Shown here: positions 29,023-38,525 of the stretch, piece after piece
Layout of the letters: each line of letters opens with the position of its first letter
Position numbering within the stretch: the stretch's first letter is position 1
NCBI GenBank assembly: GCA_934699305.1
Contig: CAKUWM010000001.1
Span: 1 to 48,862, forward strand
Direction of reading: 5' to 3'
Length of the DNA: 48,862 bases
Source: an uncultured Saprospiraceae bacterium
GTDB lineage: Bacteria; Bacteroidota; Bacteroidia; Chitinophagales; Saprospiraceae
The notes under the pieces: model-generated
The model's database searches: none
Told to the model about the DNA's origin: nothing
What the model saw: only the letters and a program-made list of their open reading frames with translations
Translations under genes and position numbers: made by a program

Positions 29023-29040
29023 ACTTGTGCGACTTGTGCG
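29023..29040. repeat. Perfect 9-bp tandem duplication in the dusB leader
   Basis: Direct read: ACTTGTGCG ACTTGTGCG, between the putative -7 box (29042-29049) and the dusB start codon (29020). Confidence 0.85.
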
Positions 29041-29041
29041 G

Positions 29042-29049
29042 CAAAAATA
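29042..29049 (-). promoter_or_regulatory. Putative -7 promoter box (TAnnTTTG) for dusB
   Basis: The minus strand reads TATTTTTG, 21 nt upstream of the dusB ATG. This is a motif match only. Confidence 0.3.
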
Positions 29050-29676
29050 CAATTTTCAAAGGAGAAATGAAGGAAGTTGTGGAAAAAGCATCTAAATTAG
29101 ATTAACACTTACCTCTAATAATGGCTAATAAACAGTGTAATGAAATATCGTTATAAGTAAAAATCGCTTCACAAGAGCAACGTTGAGTGATAATAAGATT
29201 GAACGCATATTCCTCTAAAAGGCTAAGTGCTGTGATTTAATATGAATTACATCTAACTAGATCACAACAAAATGAATATCTATAGCATGCAAATTATTTC
29301 TTAGGGCACTATTTAAAGTTAGGGATACATTTCTCAAAGACAATATTATTGCCTTTATGTGGAATTCGAGTTTAATTGTAAGACAAACTTTACATTTCAA
29401 ATGAATATAAATCTCCCTAAATATTTACCATATAATAATTTGCAAACTTTGATTTAACTAATTTATAGTTTTTTATTAATCATATTTGTTAAATTTAAAT
29501 TTTAAATGTATCTTTGGAATAGATACTATTGCAGATAAAGAGAAGTCGCTTCAGTTTCAAATAGCAAAACAAGAATAAGGAAGTTGTGATGTCTTTTAAA
29601 AAAGAGATAGAAAGCCATGTACAAACCTTACAAAATAAAAATTAAATTCAATTTATTCAATCTTAAAATGTAAAAA

Positions 29677-30015
29677 ATGGATGCACAAAAAGTTGACATG
29701 TTTTTAATGAGTAACAGCAAATTCTTCGAAAGTTACCAAATGAGTGCAATCAGGGAAAGGTTATTGGCTATGGACGACTCCAGATGGGCAGCATTAACTA
29801 CTGTTCAGTTTAAAGACCCTACCACTTCGATAATTGTATCCATCCTTGCCGGATCACTGGGTATAGATCGCTTTATAATAGGAGATACAGGAATGGGAAT
29901 CGGCAAGTTGTTGACATGCGGTGGATTTGGAATCTGGACCATAATAGACTGGTTTATGATACAGAATGCTACCAGAGAAAAGAATATGGATAAAATCTTG
30001 CAAATTATGTATTAA
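29677..30015 (+). CDS. TM2 domain-containing membrane protein
   Basis: The TM2 signature is SIIVSILAGSLGIDRFIIGDTGMGIGKLLTCGGFGIWTIIDWFMI: two helices around a DRF motif. Confidence 0.85.
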   Translation: MDAQKVDMFLMSNSKFFESYQMSAIRERLLAMDDSRWAALTTVQFKDPTTSIIVSILAGSLGIDRFIIGDTGMGIGKLLTCGGFGIWTIIDWFMIQNATREKNMDKILQIMY

Positions 30016-30431
30016 TGTCGTTAGGCAAGATTAAGCTATACTATTTAATACTTATAGCGTGTTTAGCCGGATATGTTTGGCTTTACATCAGTTATACATG
30101 GGCAACATACGGAAATAATCATATAGGAGTATGTCTAATAAAGCATGTAACCAATGTACCTTGCCCCTCTTGTGGTACAACAAGATCGGTTATTTCATTG
30201 TCTCATGGAAACTTCATTGAAGCTTTGTCAATTAATCCATTGGGATATGTTATAGGTTTAATAATGACCATTAGTCCTCTTTGGATTATAATGGACATTT
30301 TTTTACGGAAAGATACTTTTTATAATGCTTATCAAAGGATGGAAGCTTTATTCAAAAGACCGATGGTAATCGCAGTCTTTAGTATAACCATTCTAATTAA
30401 TTGGGTTTGGAATATCATGAAAGGATTATGA
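30015..30431 (+). CDS. DUF2752 domain-containing membrane protein
   Basis: The CPSCGTTRS motif follows the first helix, and more hydrophobic segments follow. The start ATG overlaps the TM2 gene stop (TAATG). Confidence 0.8.
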   Translation: MSLGKIKLYYLILIACLAGYVWLYISYTWATYGNNHIGVCLIKHVTNVPCPSCGTTRSVISLSHGNFIEALSINPLGYVIGLIMTISPLWIIMDIFLRKDTFYNAYQRMEALFKRPMVIAVFSITILINWVWNIMKGL

Positions 30432-30865
30432 TACTAAGAAAGGAGTTTAACTATATACCGGATGAACATGAGGCAGAATCGGCTTCGAGCAGTTATTTGA
30501 TGTCATTAATTGCAATAATAGCGGGTCTTCCATTACCAATAGTTAATTTAATTGCAACATTATTCTTTTTTATTGCAAATAGAAAATCAACTTTCTTCGT
30601 ACGGTGGCATTGTATTCAAGCATTATTGTCCCAACTTTCCATGTTTTGCATCAATAGTTGTGGGTTTTGGTGGACCGTTTCAATCATCTTTTATGACGAA
30701 CAATTCACCAACAAATACATTGCCTACATCCTTGTCGCCATCATATTCAATCTTTCAGAATTTATTGCCACAATATATACTGCCATACAAACCAGAAAAG
30801 GAATTCATGTAGAATGGTGGTTTTACGGACCATTGACTAATTTAATTTGCAAAGCAGACAGATGA
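30428..30865 (+). CDS. Integral membrane protein, DUF4870-like
   Basis: LPLPIVNLIATLFFFIANRKSTFFVRWHCIQALLSQ resembles the DUF4870 pattern as I recall it. It has about four helices. The ATG at 30428 overlaps the upstream TGA (ATGA); the track start at 30401 is a TTG. Confidence 0.6.
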   Translation: MILRKEFNYIPDEHEAESASSSYLMSLIAIIAGLPLPIVNLIATLFFFIANRKSTFFVRWHCIQALLSQLSMFCINSCGFWWTVSIIFYDEQFTNKYIAYILVAIIFNLSEFIATIYTAIQTRKGIHVEWWFYGPLTNLICKADR

Positions 30866-31677
30866 AAAAAATTATCTTTCAAGGAGGTTTAATTTTACTC
30901 CTATTTTTTGGGATGTGGACAACTTTTGCACAAATAGATTGGCTGAAAATCTTTAGAGTTAAGCAGATTTCCTATAAGACAGAACAAAAATTGGGAGATT
31001 TCTTTTGGGATATTTTCAAAAAATCTGAGGTTGAAAATCATGATAGTTTTGTCATCAATAAAGTCGATAGTATCACAAACCGAATATGCAAAGACAACCA
31101 CATTGAGCGCAAGAAAATCAAGCTTCATATTCTCAACAATGAAATAGTGAATGCTTTTGCATTACCGGATGGGCATCTAATCGTGTATAGTGGATTGATA
31201 TCCGCTTGTGAAAATCCGGAGGAATTGGCAGGTGTACTTTGTCACGAAATAGCCCATATTGAGGAGCAACACGTCATGAAGAAGTTGGTAAAAGAAATAG
31301 GTCTCTCCGTTGTGATATCAATTTCAACCGGTAATGCAGGCGGCGAAATAATCAAAGAAGCAACAAAAACGATTACTTCTTCTTCGTTTGATAGAAAATT
31401 AGAAAAAGAAGCAGATATTAAAGCAGTTGATTACTTAATTCAAGCAAAAATCAATCCTAAGCATTTTGCCAATTTCCTTTTCAAATTATCTATGGAGGAG
31501 CCAAATGCTATAAAATACCTTTCATGGATTAATACTCACCCCGACTCAGAAGAAAGGGCAGAATATATCATCAACCATTCCAAAACAACAAAAAGTACCT
31601 TTAAGCCTATTTTATCCCCATCGTCATGGCAACAGGTGCATAAAATCTTGGATCAAACGCTACAGATCGGAGACTAA
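30862..31677 (+). CDS. M48-family zinc metallopeptidase (Ste24/HtpX/BepA-like), membrane-anchored or secreted
   Basis: The HExxH motif is in LAGVLCHEIAHIEEQH, downstream acidic residues are in EKEAD, and ALPDGHLIVYSGL is typical of M48. The N-terminal hydrophobic anchor is MKKIIFQGGLILLLFFGMW. The ATG at 30862 overlaps the upstream TGA (ATGA). Confidence 0.85.
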   Translation: MKKIIFQGGLILLLFFGMWTTFAQIDWLKIFRVKQISYKTEQKLGDFFWDIFKKSEVENHDSFVINKVDSITNRICKDNHIERKKIKLHILNNEIVNAFALPDGHLIVYSGLISACENPEELAGVLCHEIAHIEEQHVMKKLVKEIGLSVVISISTGNAGGEIIKEATKTITSSSFDRKLEKEADIKAVDYLIQAKINPKHFANFLFKLSMEEPNAIKYLSWINTHPDSEERAEYIINHSKTTKSTFKPILSPSSWQQVHKILDQTLQIGD

Positions 31678-31689
31678 GATAATTTGATT

Positions 31690-32502
31690 TCACAATGCCC
31701 ATATCAAAGCCTTGACCTTAGTAGCCCGAAAAATAGTATTATGCTTCTCCTTCTTTTCGTCCGAATACTTCCAGATCAGGTTGTCCGGTCTATCCTTTTG
31801 CAGAATCAGAGATAACTGACGGGTGTAGGTATTGATATCCTTAGTGTTGGAGCCCGCATACCACAACTTTATCTCTTTCTTAGGTAAATTAGTCAACATG
31901 TCCTTTGCATTGTCAACTAAACTATGTTTATTCCACCACAACGATGGGTCAAAGGCGATATACGTATCAAACATTTCAGTACGTGTCATACAGGTTTCTA
32001 ACACAAAAAGTCCGGCTAAAGATTCACCTATGATAGCGCGATGACTATTGGTTCTGTATCGTTGGTTTATTTCAGGAAAGAGCTCAAATTGAATAAAATC
32101 TCCAAATGCCTTAGAACCGCCCACTATAGGGGCAATCTTCTTATCGGCTTCCACTTCTGTCGGCCCTGTCAGGTCTCTTCTTCGTTGAGTATTTTCAATT
32201 CCCACCAAAATATAGGGAGGAATTTCACCTTTGGCTATCAATTCGGATAATGTGTTGGCAAGATGTGGAAAATCTTCACGAACACCACCATCAGCCATAT
32301 ACAATACCGGGAAAGTGCCGAATCCTGCTTTATATTGAGGTGGTGTCCATACATTGATTACTCTCTTTTCATTCAGCTTTACCGAGATTATTGACAGGCT
32401 ATCGTGTACCGGAACAACATCATTGTATGTTGGAAGCGTTTTACATCCTACAAACATTGAAAGTATTATATAAAGTAAAAAAACAACAAGATATCTTTGC
32501 AT
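31690..32502 (-). CDS. Alpha/beta hydrolase, putative esterase family (IroE/enterochelin-esterase-like)
   Basis: The signal/lipobox-like N-terminus is ILSMFVGCK. The nucleophile elbow GxSxG is in IIGESLAGLF, and YMADGG is typical of the putative-esterase family. Confidence 0.7.
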   Translation of the reverse strand: MQRYLVVFLLYIILSMFVGCKTLPTYNDVVPVHDSLSIISVKLNEKRVINVWTPPQYKAGFGTFPVLYMADGGVREDFPHLANTLSELIAKGEIPPYILVGIENTQRRRDLTGPTEVEADKKIAPIVGGSKAFGDFIQFELFPEINQRYRTNSHRAIIGESLAGLFVLETCMTRTEMFDTYIAFDPSLWWNKHSLVDNAKDMLTNLPKKEIKLWYAGSNTKDINTYTRQLSLILQKDRPDNLIWKYSDEKKEKHNTIFRATKVKALIWAL

Positions 32503-32521
32503 AAATATTTCTTTTACAGCT

Positions 32522-33961
32522 TTAGGATTTGGGAATTTCTTTTAAAATATTCAGTAAAAAACCCCAGAATTTCTGTACGGAGCTTATACTCACTCTTTCA
32601 TCGGGCGAATGTGCCCCATATATAGTAGGACCAAAAGAAACCATCTCCATCTCCGGATAATGAGCTCCGATTATGCCACACTCCAGTCCGGCATGACAAG
32701 CCACCACCTTTGGTGATTCACCAAATGATTGGGTATAAATACGTTCCATTAAGCTCACGATTGAGGAGTGTGGATTGGGTTGCCAGCCCGGATAGGATCC
32801 GGAAAACGATACATCCATCCCCGCCATATTAAATACCGCTTGTAACTGTAATGCTACATCCTGTTTGGTAGAGTCCACCGATGACCGTGTCAGACACATG
32901 ATTTCCAGCTTACCTTCCTCAAGTATAACACGAGCAATATTGTTGGAAGCTTCTACAAGGTCTTTCACGTCGGGACTCATGCGATACACACCATTATGGG
33001 CTGCCTTCATAGCTCTGACAAGATCCTTAGAATGTTCGACTGACAATCCTTTTCCGGATAAGGGAGTCTCATTGATAATTATTTCCAGGCTTTTCTCTAT
33101 ACTCTTAAACTCATTTAAAATAGAAGCTTTAACCTTCTCCACTTCATTCAAAAATAAGGAAGAATCAACAACCACAACTTGAGCTTTAGCCTCTCTGGGA
33201 ATAGCATTTCTGAGGCTTCCACCATCCAATGAAAGAAGCTGTATATCATATTGAAGTCCGACCATCAAGAGTCTTGCCATTATTACATTGGCATTGCCTC
33301 GCCCTAAATGAATGTCCATCCCGGAGTGTCCACCCTGAAGTCCTCTTATGATAATATTAAATCCATTGCCCTGAAGGCGCTCTGTGTTATATTCACGTCG
33401 AGCGGTGACATCCATTCCTCCTGCACATCCTATGTCTATTTCATCATCTTCCTCCGTATCCAGATTGAGCAAAATCTGCCCTTTCAGGAAATTAGGTTTC
33501 AGTCCAAATGCTCCCGTCATACCGGTCTCTTCATCAATTGTAAACAATGCCTCCAGTGCCGGATGCGGTATAGAATCACTTTCCAAAACAGACATAATGG
33601 AAGCCACACCAATACCATTATCAGCGCCTAAGGTCGTACCGTCTGCTTTTACCCAATCTCCATCAACGAGCATCCTGATACCCTGGGTATCGAAATCAAA
33701 ATCGGTATCATTATTTTTCTGACAGACCATATCCAGATGCGATTGTAAAACAACTGTCTTGTGATCTTCCATCCCTTTGGTAGCGGGTTTTCTTATGAGT
33801 ACATTTCCGGTCTCATCAATTGTTGTTTCCAAAGCCAGAGACTCCCCAAACCGGCGGATAAATTCGATGACTTTGCCTTCCTTTTTAGAAGGTCGTGGCA
33901 CAGAATTGAGGGCTGAAAAGTTTTTCCACACGGCATTTGGCTGAAGGTTGGTAATATCCAT
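32522..33961 (-). CDS. pepD: Aminoacyl-histidine (Xaa-His) dipeptidase, M20 family
   Basis: The N-terminus is LQPNAVWKNFSALNSVPRPSKKEGKVIEFI. Motifs are LQSHLDMVCQKN, TLGADNGIG, TIDEETGMTGA and HAGLECG. Confidence 0.9.
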   Translation of the reverse strand: MDITNLQPNAVWKNFSALNSVPRPSKKEGKVIEFIRRFGESLALETTIDETGNVLIRKPATKGMEDHKTVVLQSHLDMVCQKNNDTDFDFDTQGIRMLVDGDWVKADGTTLGADNGIGVASIMSVLESDSIPHPALEALFTIDEETGMTGAFGLKPNFLKGQILLNLDTEEDDEIDIGCAGGMDVTARREYNTERLQGNGFNIIIRGLQGGHSGMDIHLGRGNANVIMARLLMVGLQYDIQLLSLDGGSLRNAIPREAKAQVVVVDSSLFLNEVEKVKASILNEFKSIEKSLEIIINETPLSGKGLSVEHSKDLVRAMKAAHNGVYRMSPDVKDLVEASNNIARVILEEGKLEIMCLTRSSVDSTKQDVALQLQAVFNMAGMDVSFSGSYPGWQPNPHSSIVSLMERIYTQSFGESPKVVACHAGLECGIIGAHYPEMEMVSFGPTIYGAHSPDERVSISSVQKFWGFLLNILKEIPKS

Positions 33962-34009
33962 ACTATATTTTTTATATGTACTACAAAATTGCTTTAGCTG
34001 TTGAGTATT

Positions 34010-34984
34010 TTATTGATTAAAATGTAAAATTATTTTCCCGGTAAATTCTCTTGATTCCATAAGTTGATGAGCCTCCACCACTTTTTCCATCGGAAAGGAA
34101 TAGCGCACCACGTTCTGAAATTGTGGGCTTTCAATAAGTGGATAAGCGTTTTGGACAATATTCTCCGCTAACTCCTTCTTAAACGAATAACTCCGATTGC
34201 GCAAAGTGCTTCCGGTTATATGTAGCCTTTTCTGCATGACTTTCATTATATTCAATGATGGATGGTTGCCATTCATTGCATTGATGTATATAAGGCGACC
34301 CTCTGTGCGAAGTAAGTTGAGATTGACATCGAGGTATTCACCTCCAACACTATCCAACACAACATCCATTGAATTTTCGCCCAATACCTCTATTTGACCG
34401 GCCTCATCTTGTCTCACCACTCGAATAGCACCTAAAGATAAGCAGTATTGTTCTTTTTCGATTGTACTTGCCATTGTATATGCTTTTGATCCAAATAGAT
34501 TTACAAGTTGGATTGCCATGGAGCCTATTCCTCCCGATCCACCATAAATAAATACATCTTCGCCTAGCTTGAGTTTACCACGTTGAAAAATATTATGCCA
34601 TACTGTAAATAATGTCTCAGGCAAAGCAGCTGCTGCTTCACACGAAAAACCAGAAGGTAGTGGAAGACAACTTCCTGCGTCCACTGCAACATACTCTGCA
34701 TAGCCACCTCCGGGCACCAGTGCACATACTTGTTGTCCGACATATTGATACTTCACATTTATGCCTGTCTTTTCAATGGTGCCGGCAACCTCAAGGCCCG
34801 GAATATCCTGGACAATACCGTGTGGAGCGGGATAACGACCTTTACGTTGAAATATGTCAGGTCTGTTAATGCCGGCTGCCACCACCTTAATCAGCACTTC
34901 ATTCTCATTGACACAAGGAATTGGACGTTCTTCAATATGTAGAACTGTTGCATCACCCGGAACATTATACACAATAGCTTTCAT
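34010..34984 (-). CDS. NAD(P)H:quinone oxidoreductase, medium-chain dehydrogenase/reductase (zeta-crystallin/PIG3-like)
   Basis: Motifs are EVLIKVVAAGINRPDIFQRKGRYPAP, a GGSGGIGSMAIQL nucleotide-binding loop, and a C-terminal FTGKIIL. Confidence 0.85.
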   Translation of the reverse strand: MKAIVYNVPGDATVLHIEERPIPCVNENEVLIKVVAAGINRPDIFQRKGRYPAPHGIVQDIPGLEVAGTIEKTGINVKYQYVGQQVCALVPGGGYAEYVAVDAGSCLPLPSGFSCEAAAALPETLFTVWHNIFQRGKLKLGEDVFIYGGSGGIGSMAIQLVNLFGSKAYTMASTIEKEQYCLSLGAIRVVRQDEAGQIEVLGENSMDVVLDSVGGEYLDVNLNLLRTEGRLIYINAMNGNHPSLNIMKVMQKRLHITGSTLRNRSYSFKKELAENIVQNAYPLIESPQFQNVVRYSFPMEKVVEAHQLMESREFTGKIILHFNQ

Positions 34985-35542
34985 GGCAATTTCACAAAAA
35001 AGTGGTGCTAAATGTAATAAAAATAAATCACTCTACCCATAAAACATTTAGCAAAGAAGTCAAAACGCTGCATTTAACTATAAAAGTTGGTAATAATGAA
35101 TAAACCCCAATACCTATTAAAGGCAAAAATATTTAAGGTCGAAACATTAAAAATTTTTAAATCCTAAAATTAATAACATGACTATATTTTACACCCTTGT
35201 ATTGTATAAAATGAATCTTTGATATGTTAAAATATCGAAATTATTTCCTTATAAATGAATGTTTTATGTAACTTTACGTATTTCCATGTCATACCCATAT
35301 ATAATTTCATAGTTAAGCTTCAACCTTTATCATATTGAATTGGTAACTTATATTTAAATAGAACTATTGCAGCGGTTTATAATTTTTGGAACGGTTATTG
35401 TATGTATAGTTATGATTTGTAATATGTTTTCTTGAAAAAAAGATAAAATATTGAAATTTATTGTTTTATAGTATTGATAATCAACGATATGTTTCTTGTT
35501 TATTTTTCAAAAAGGCATTTCAACTAAATTAAAAATCAAACA

Positions 35543-38218
35543 ATGAAGGAATTCTACACGACATTTAATGTATTGAAGCGAACTTTTTTTATCGTAATTT
35601 TTACTTTTTGCATTTTTCAATTATTCGGTAATGGTCCTATAGTACCACAGAAAAAAGCAGATTTGACAATTGAGATACACAAGTTAGATATCAGTTGTTA
35701 TGGTGAGCTAGACGGTAAAGCATGGGTCACGGCATCCGGTGGCACACCACCCTATACGTATTTATGGAGCGACGGTAATATAACTGATACGGTGACCAAC
35801 TTAGCAAGCAACACATATACGATCAATGTAGAGGATGCAGCCGGCAATAAAGTTGTAGGGGAAGTATATATCGCCGAACCCCCATTATTGTTTGCTACAG
35901 TTCTTCTTTCAGACCCTATCTTGAATTGTTCTGTTCCTCAATTAACAGCGACAATTCAGCCTCATGGGGGCACACAGCCGTACACCTATGCATGGAACTA
36001 TCCTTACGGCGTCATTGACACCGGTCAAACAGTCAACATAAATCAGCCATACAACTATGTTTTCACTGTGACGGATAAAAGAGGATGTACCTATGTCAAC
36101 GATACAACAATTGGAGCTGAAAACATCCCGGTCATTAATCTTAGTTTGATAGATACGGTCAGCTGTAATGGCAAGCATGATGGAAGTGCCTCTTCTTTAG
36201 TGTTTGGTGGCATAGAACCCTATTTTTATCTATGGTCCAATGGTTCAAGCAATGATACACTGAGCAACGTCGGTTCGGGGTCTTTTTCCCTCACTGTTAC
36301 GGATGCTGCAGGGTGTACCGGTCAAGCTTATGTATTTATTCCTCAACCGGCATCATTAAGTCTCGATATGACAGGCTACGATGTAACTTGCTACGGGCAA
36401 AGCACCGGAGCAATATTTACATTTACCGGAGGAGGAACACCCAATTACCAATACCTTTGGAGCAACGGAGCAACTATACCTCAGCTAAGCAATTTAGATG
36501 CCGGAGTCTATAATCTAACTGTTACGGATGCACATGGATGTACCAAATCCGGAGGCGTCACCATAAAAGAAGGAAATCCGATTACAATCAATACTACGGC
36601 TACACCTGTCTCTTGTTATGGAGGAAATAACGGACGGGCTACAGCCTTTGCCTTTGGTGGCAAAGGTTCACTCCAATACAACTGGTCTAATGGTGTCATG
36701 GGCGCACAGAACAACAACTTAAAAGCAGGTAGCTACTGGATTTATATTACCGATGCCAATAATTGTGTCGAATCCAAATTAGTCGAAATAACACAGCCGC
36801 CGGCAATAGTCCTCAACATGAGTAGTACACCCGAAGTCTTAGGGGGCGTGGATGGAACAGCCTCCGTTATTCCTACTGGCGGCACACCGGGATATACCTA
36901 TAAGTGGAACACTGGAAGCACAGAATCGCATATTGAAGACTTAGTAGCCGGAATTTATTATGTTACTGTAACAGATAAAAATGGTTGTATAAAATCAGAT
37001 TCAGTCTATGTCGATGCAAGTAATTGTGCCTTCGCAGCCACACTAATAACCATAAAACCGACTTGCTTCGGTGGAACAGATGGTGCCATATTCCCTCAGA
37101 TTACACTGCCCGGGGCAGAACCTTATTATTATCAATGGTCTAACAATTCTACCGATGTAGTGCTGGACTCCATCGGTGCGGGTACTTATGCAGTAACTAT
37201 TTCAGACAATGCCAATTGTTTTATACGCCTTTCTACTACTATTGTCAATCCGGATAGGATGAATGTCGATTACATCGTAACTCAGCCCACCGGCCCGGAC
37301 CAACCAACAGGCTCGATAAAACTGTTTATCAATGGTGGAAGTCCGCCATATAAAGCAATATACAATGGAGCAACATTTCCGGGCGGCAATGAGATAACAG
37401 TTGGCGATATTCCATCGGGATATCAACAAATCGAAGTAAAAGATGCTAAAGGTTGTACATTCCCGATTGAATTTCAAATAGACCAATTTGACTGTCAGAT
37501 AACGGCTTCCGTTGTTGTCACAGATGAACCGGATTGCTACGGCGATAAAACGGGTAGCATGTGTGTCATGTATGACAATAACTTCGGCAACGTAACCATC
37601 GAATGGTCTAATGGCGCTAAAACAAGCTGTATTAATAGCCTTAAAGCTGGTAACTATACCGTCGCATTACGAGATACATTGGGCTGTACTGTTGTTGCGG
37701 GAGGAGAAATTACTGAACCAAATCCAATATCATTAGATAACATCAAAATCGTTCTTGGAACAAATTCACTTGACGGATCAATTTCTCTATATGTTATCGG
37801 CGGAACACCACCTTTCCAATATACTTGGACAAAAAATGGCGAATACTTTGCCAACACAAGAGATATATATCAGTTGAATGGAGGTTTATATCAATTACAT
37901 GTTGTTGATTCAAAGGGTTGTGAAACTACCTTTGAAGCGTTTAAAATCACACCTACCAGCACAACATTGACCATTGCCTCAAACATCAAAGTATATCCAA
38001 ATCCGGTCAAAGACTATTTAATACTTGAAAATAAAAGTGGCTCGGAGGTCATGCAAATACAGTGTTTTGACTTAAATGGAGAAAAAAGAATCCTTTCTAT
38101 TGAACCTTTTGAAGAAAATACTCGCTTAAATCTTAGAGGGATTTCCACCGGACCGTTATTCTTAAATGTCGTAACTCGTGATGGGTCATATAACATCAAG
38201 TTGATAAAAGTTGATTAA
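35543..38218 (+). CDS. SprB-repeat surface protein with a T9SS type A C-terminal sorting domain
   Basis: At least 9 tandem modules of about 80 aa follow the pattern C(Y/F)G..(D/N)G.A.....GG(T/S)PPY.Y.WS(N/D)G......L.AG.Y...V.D..GC. The C-terminus is KVYPNPVKDYLILEN...YNIKLIKVD. An N-terminal hydrophobic anchor is present. Confidence 0.9.
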   Translation: MKEFYTTFNVLKRTFFIVIFTFCIFQLFGNGPIVPQKKADLTIEIHKLDISCYGELDGKAWVTASGGTPPYTYLWSDGNITDTVTNLASNTYTINVEDAAGNKVVGEVYIAEPPLLFATVLLSDPILNCSVPQLTATIQPHGGTQPYTYAWNYPYGVIDTGQTVNINQPYNYVFTVTDKRGCTYVNDTTIGAENIPVINLSLIDTVSCNGKHDGSASSLVFGGIEPYFYLWSNGSSNDTLSNVGSGSFSLTVTDAAGCTGQAYVFIPQPASLSLDMTGYDVTCYGQSTGAIFTFTGGGTPNYQYLWSNGATIPQLSNLDAGVYNLTVTDAHGCTKSGGVTIKEGNPITINTTATPVSCYGGNNGRATAFAFGGKGSLQYNWSNGVMGAQNNNLKAGSYWIYITDANNCVESKLVEITQPPAIVLNMSSTPEVLGGVDGTASVIPTGGTPGYTYKWNTGSTESHIEDLVAGIYYVTVTDKNGCIKSDSVYVDASNCAFAATLITIKPTCFGGTDGAIFPQITLPGAEPYYYQWSNNSTDVVLDSIGAGTYAVTISDNANCFIRLSTTIVNPDRMNVDYIVTQPTGPDQPTGSIKLFINGGSPPYKAIYNGATFPGGNEITVGDIPSGYQQIEVKDAKGCTFPIEFQIDQFDCQITASVVVTDEPDCYGDKTGSMCVMYDNNFGNVTIEWSNGAKTSCINSLKAGNYTVALRDTLGCTVVAGGEITEPNPISLDNIKIVLGTNSLDGSISLYVIGGTPPFQYTWTKNGEYFANTRDIYQLNGGLYQLHVVDSKGCETTFEAFKITPTSTTLTIASNIKVYPNPVKDYLILENKSGSEVMQIQCFDLNGEKRILSIEPFEENTRLNLRGISTGPLFLNVVTRDGSYNIKLIKVD

Positions 38219-38241
38219 TTCTATGCTTGAACAATATGTAC

Positions 38242-38273
38242 AGAGGCTAACCTTAACGGTGGCCTCTTTTTTG
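38242..38273 (+). terminator. Rho-independent terminator after the SprB-repeat gene
   Basis: The stem is AGAGGC (38242-38247) paired with GCCTCT (38262-38267), followed by a T6 run. Confidence 0.65.
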
Positions 38274-38327
38274 TTTGTAAGGTTATCAGGTCCTGAAATG
38301 CCGTTTAGACGAATTATAATATAATAA

Positions 38328-38494
38328 AATAGACCAAATCATTTTAATGTTATCCAATCGAAATAACGCTGATACTTTTTAATAGACCAATATGTTTTTC
38401 CATTAATTGGTCTAAAGTAAAAGTCAAACCGGTATTAGGATTATATTTCTTAAAGAAACTATTGTACCGATAAAATGAATTCGAGGTAAAAAAG
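38328..38494. repeat. Bipartite intergenic repeat, copy B (module 2 inverted and separated from module 1)
   Basis: 38328-38375 is the reverse complement of module 2 at 12017-12064 (41 of 48 positions). 38444-38494 corresponds to module 1, with its first 25 nt identical to 11968-11992. AATAGACCAA occurs at 38328 and again at 38381, and its inverse TTGGTCTA occurs at 38407. Confidence 0.75.
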
Positions 38495-38525
38495 GTTTTT
38501 TTAATATTGCAAAAGCAAAATAGCT

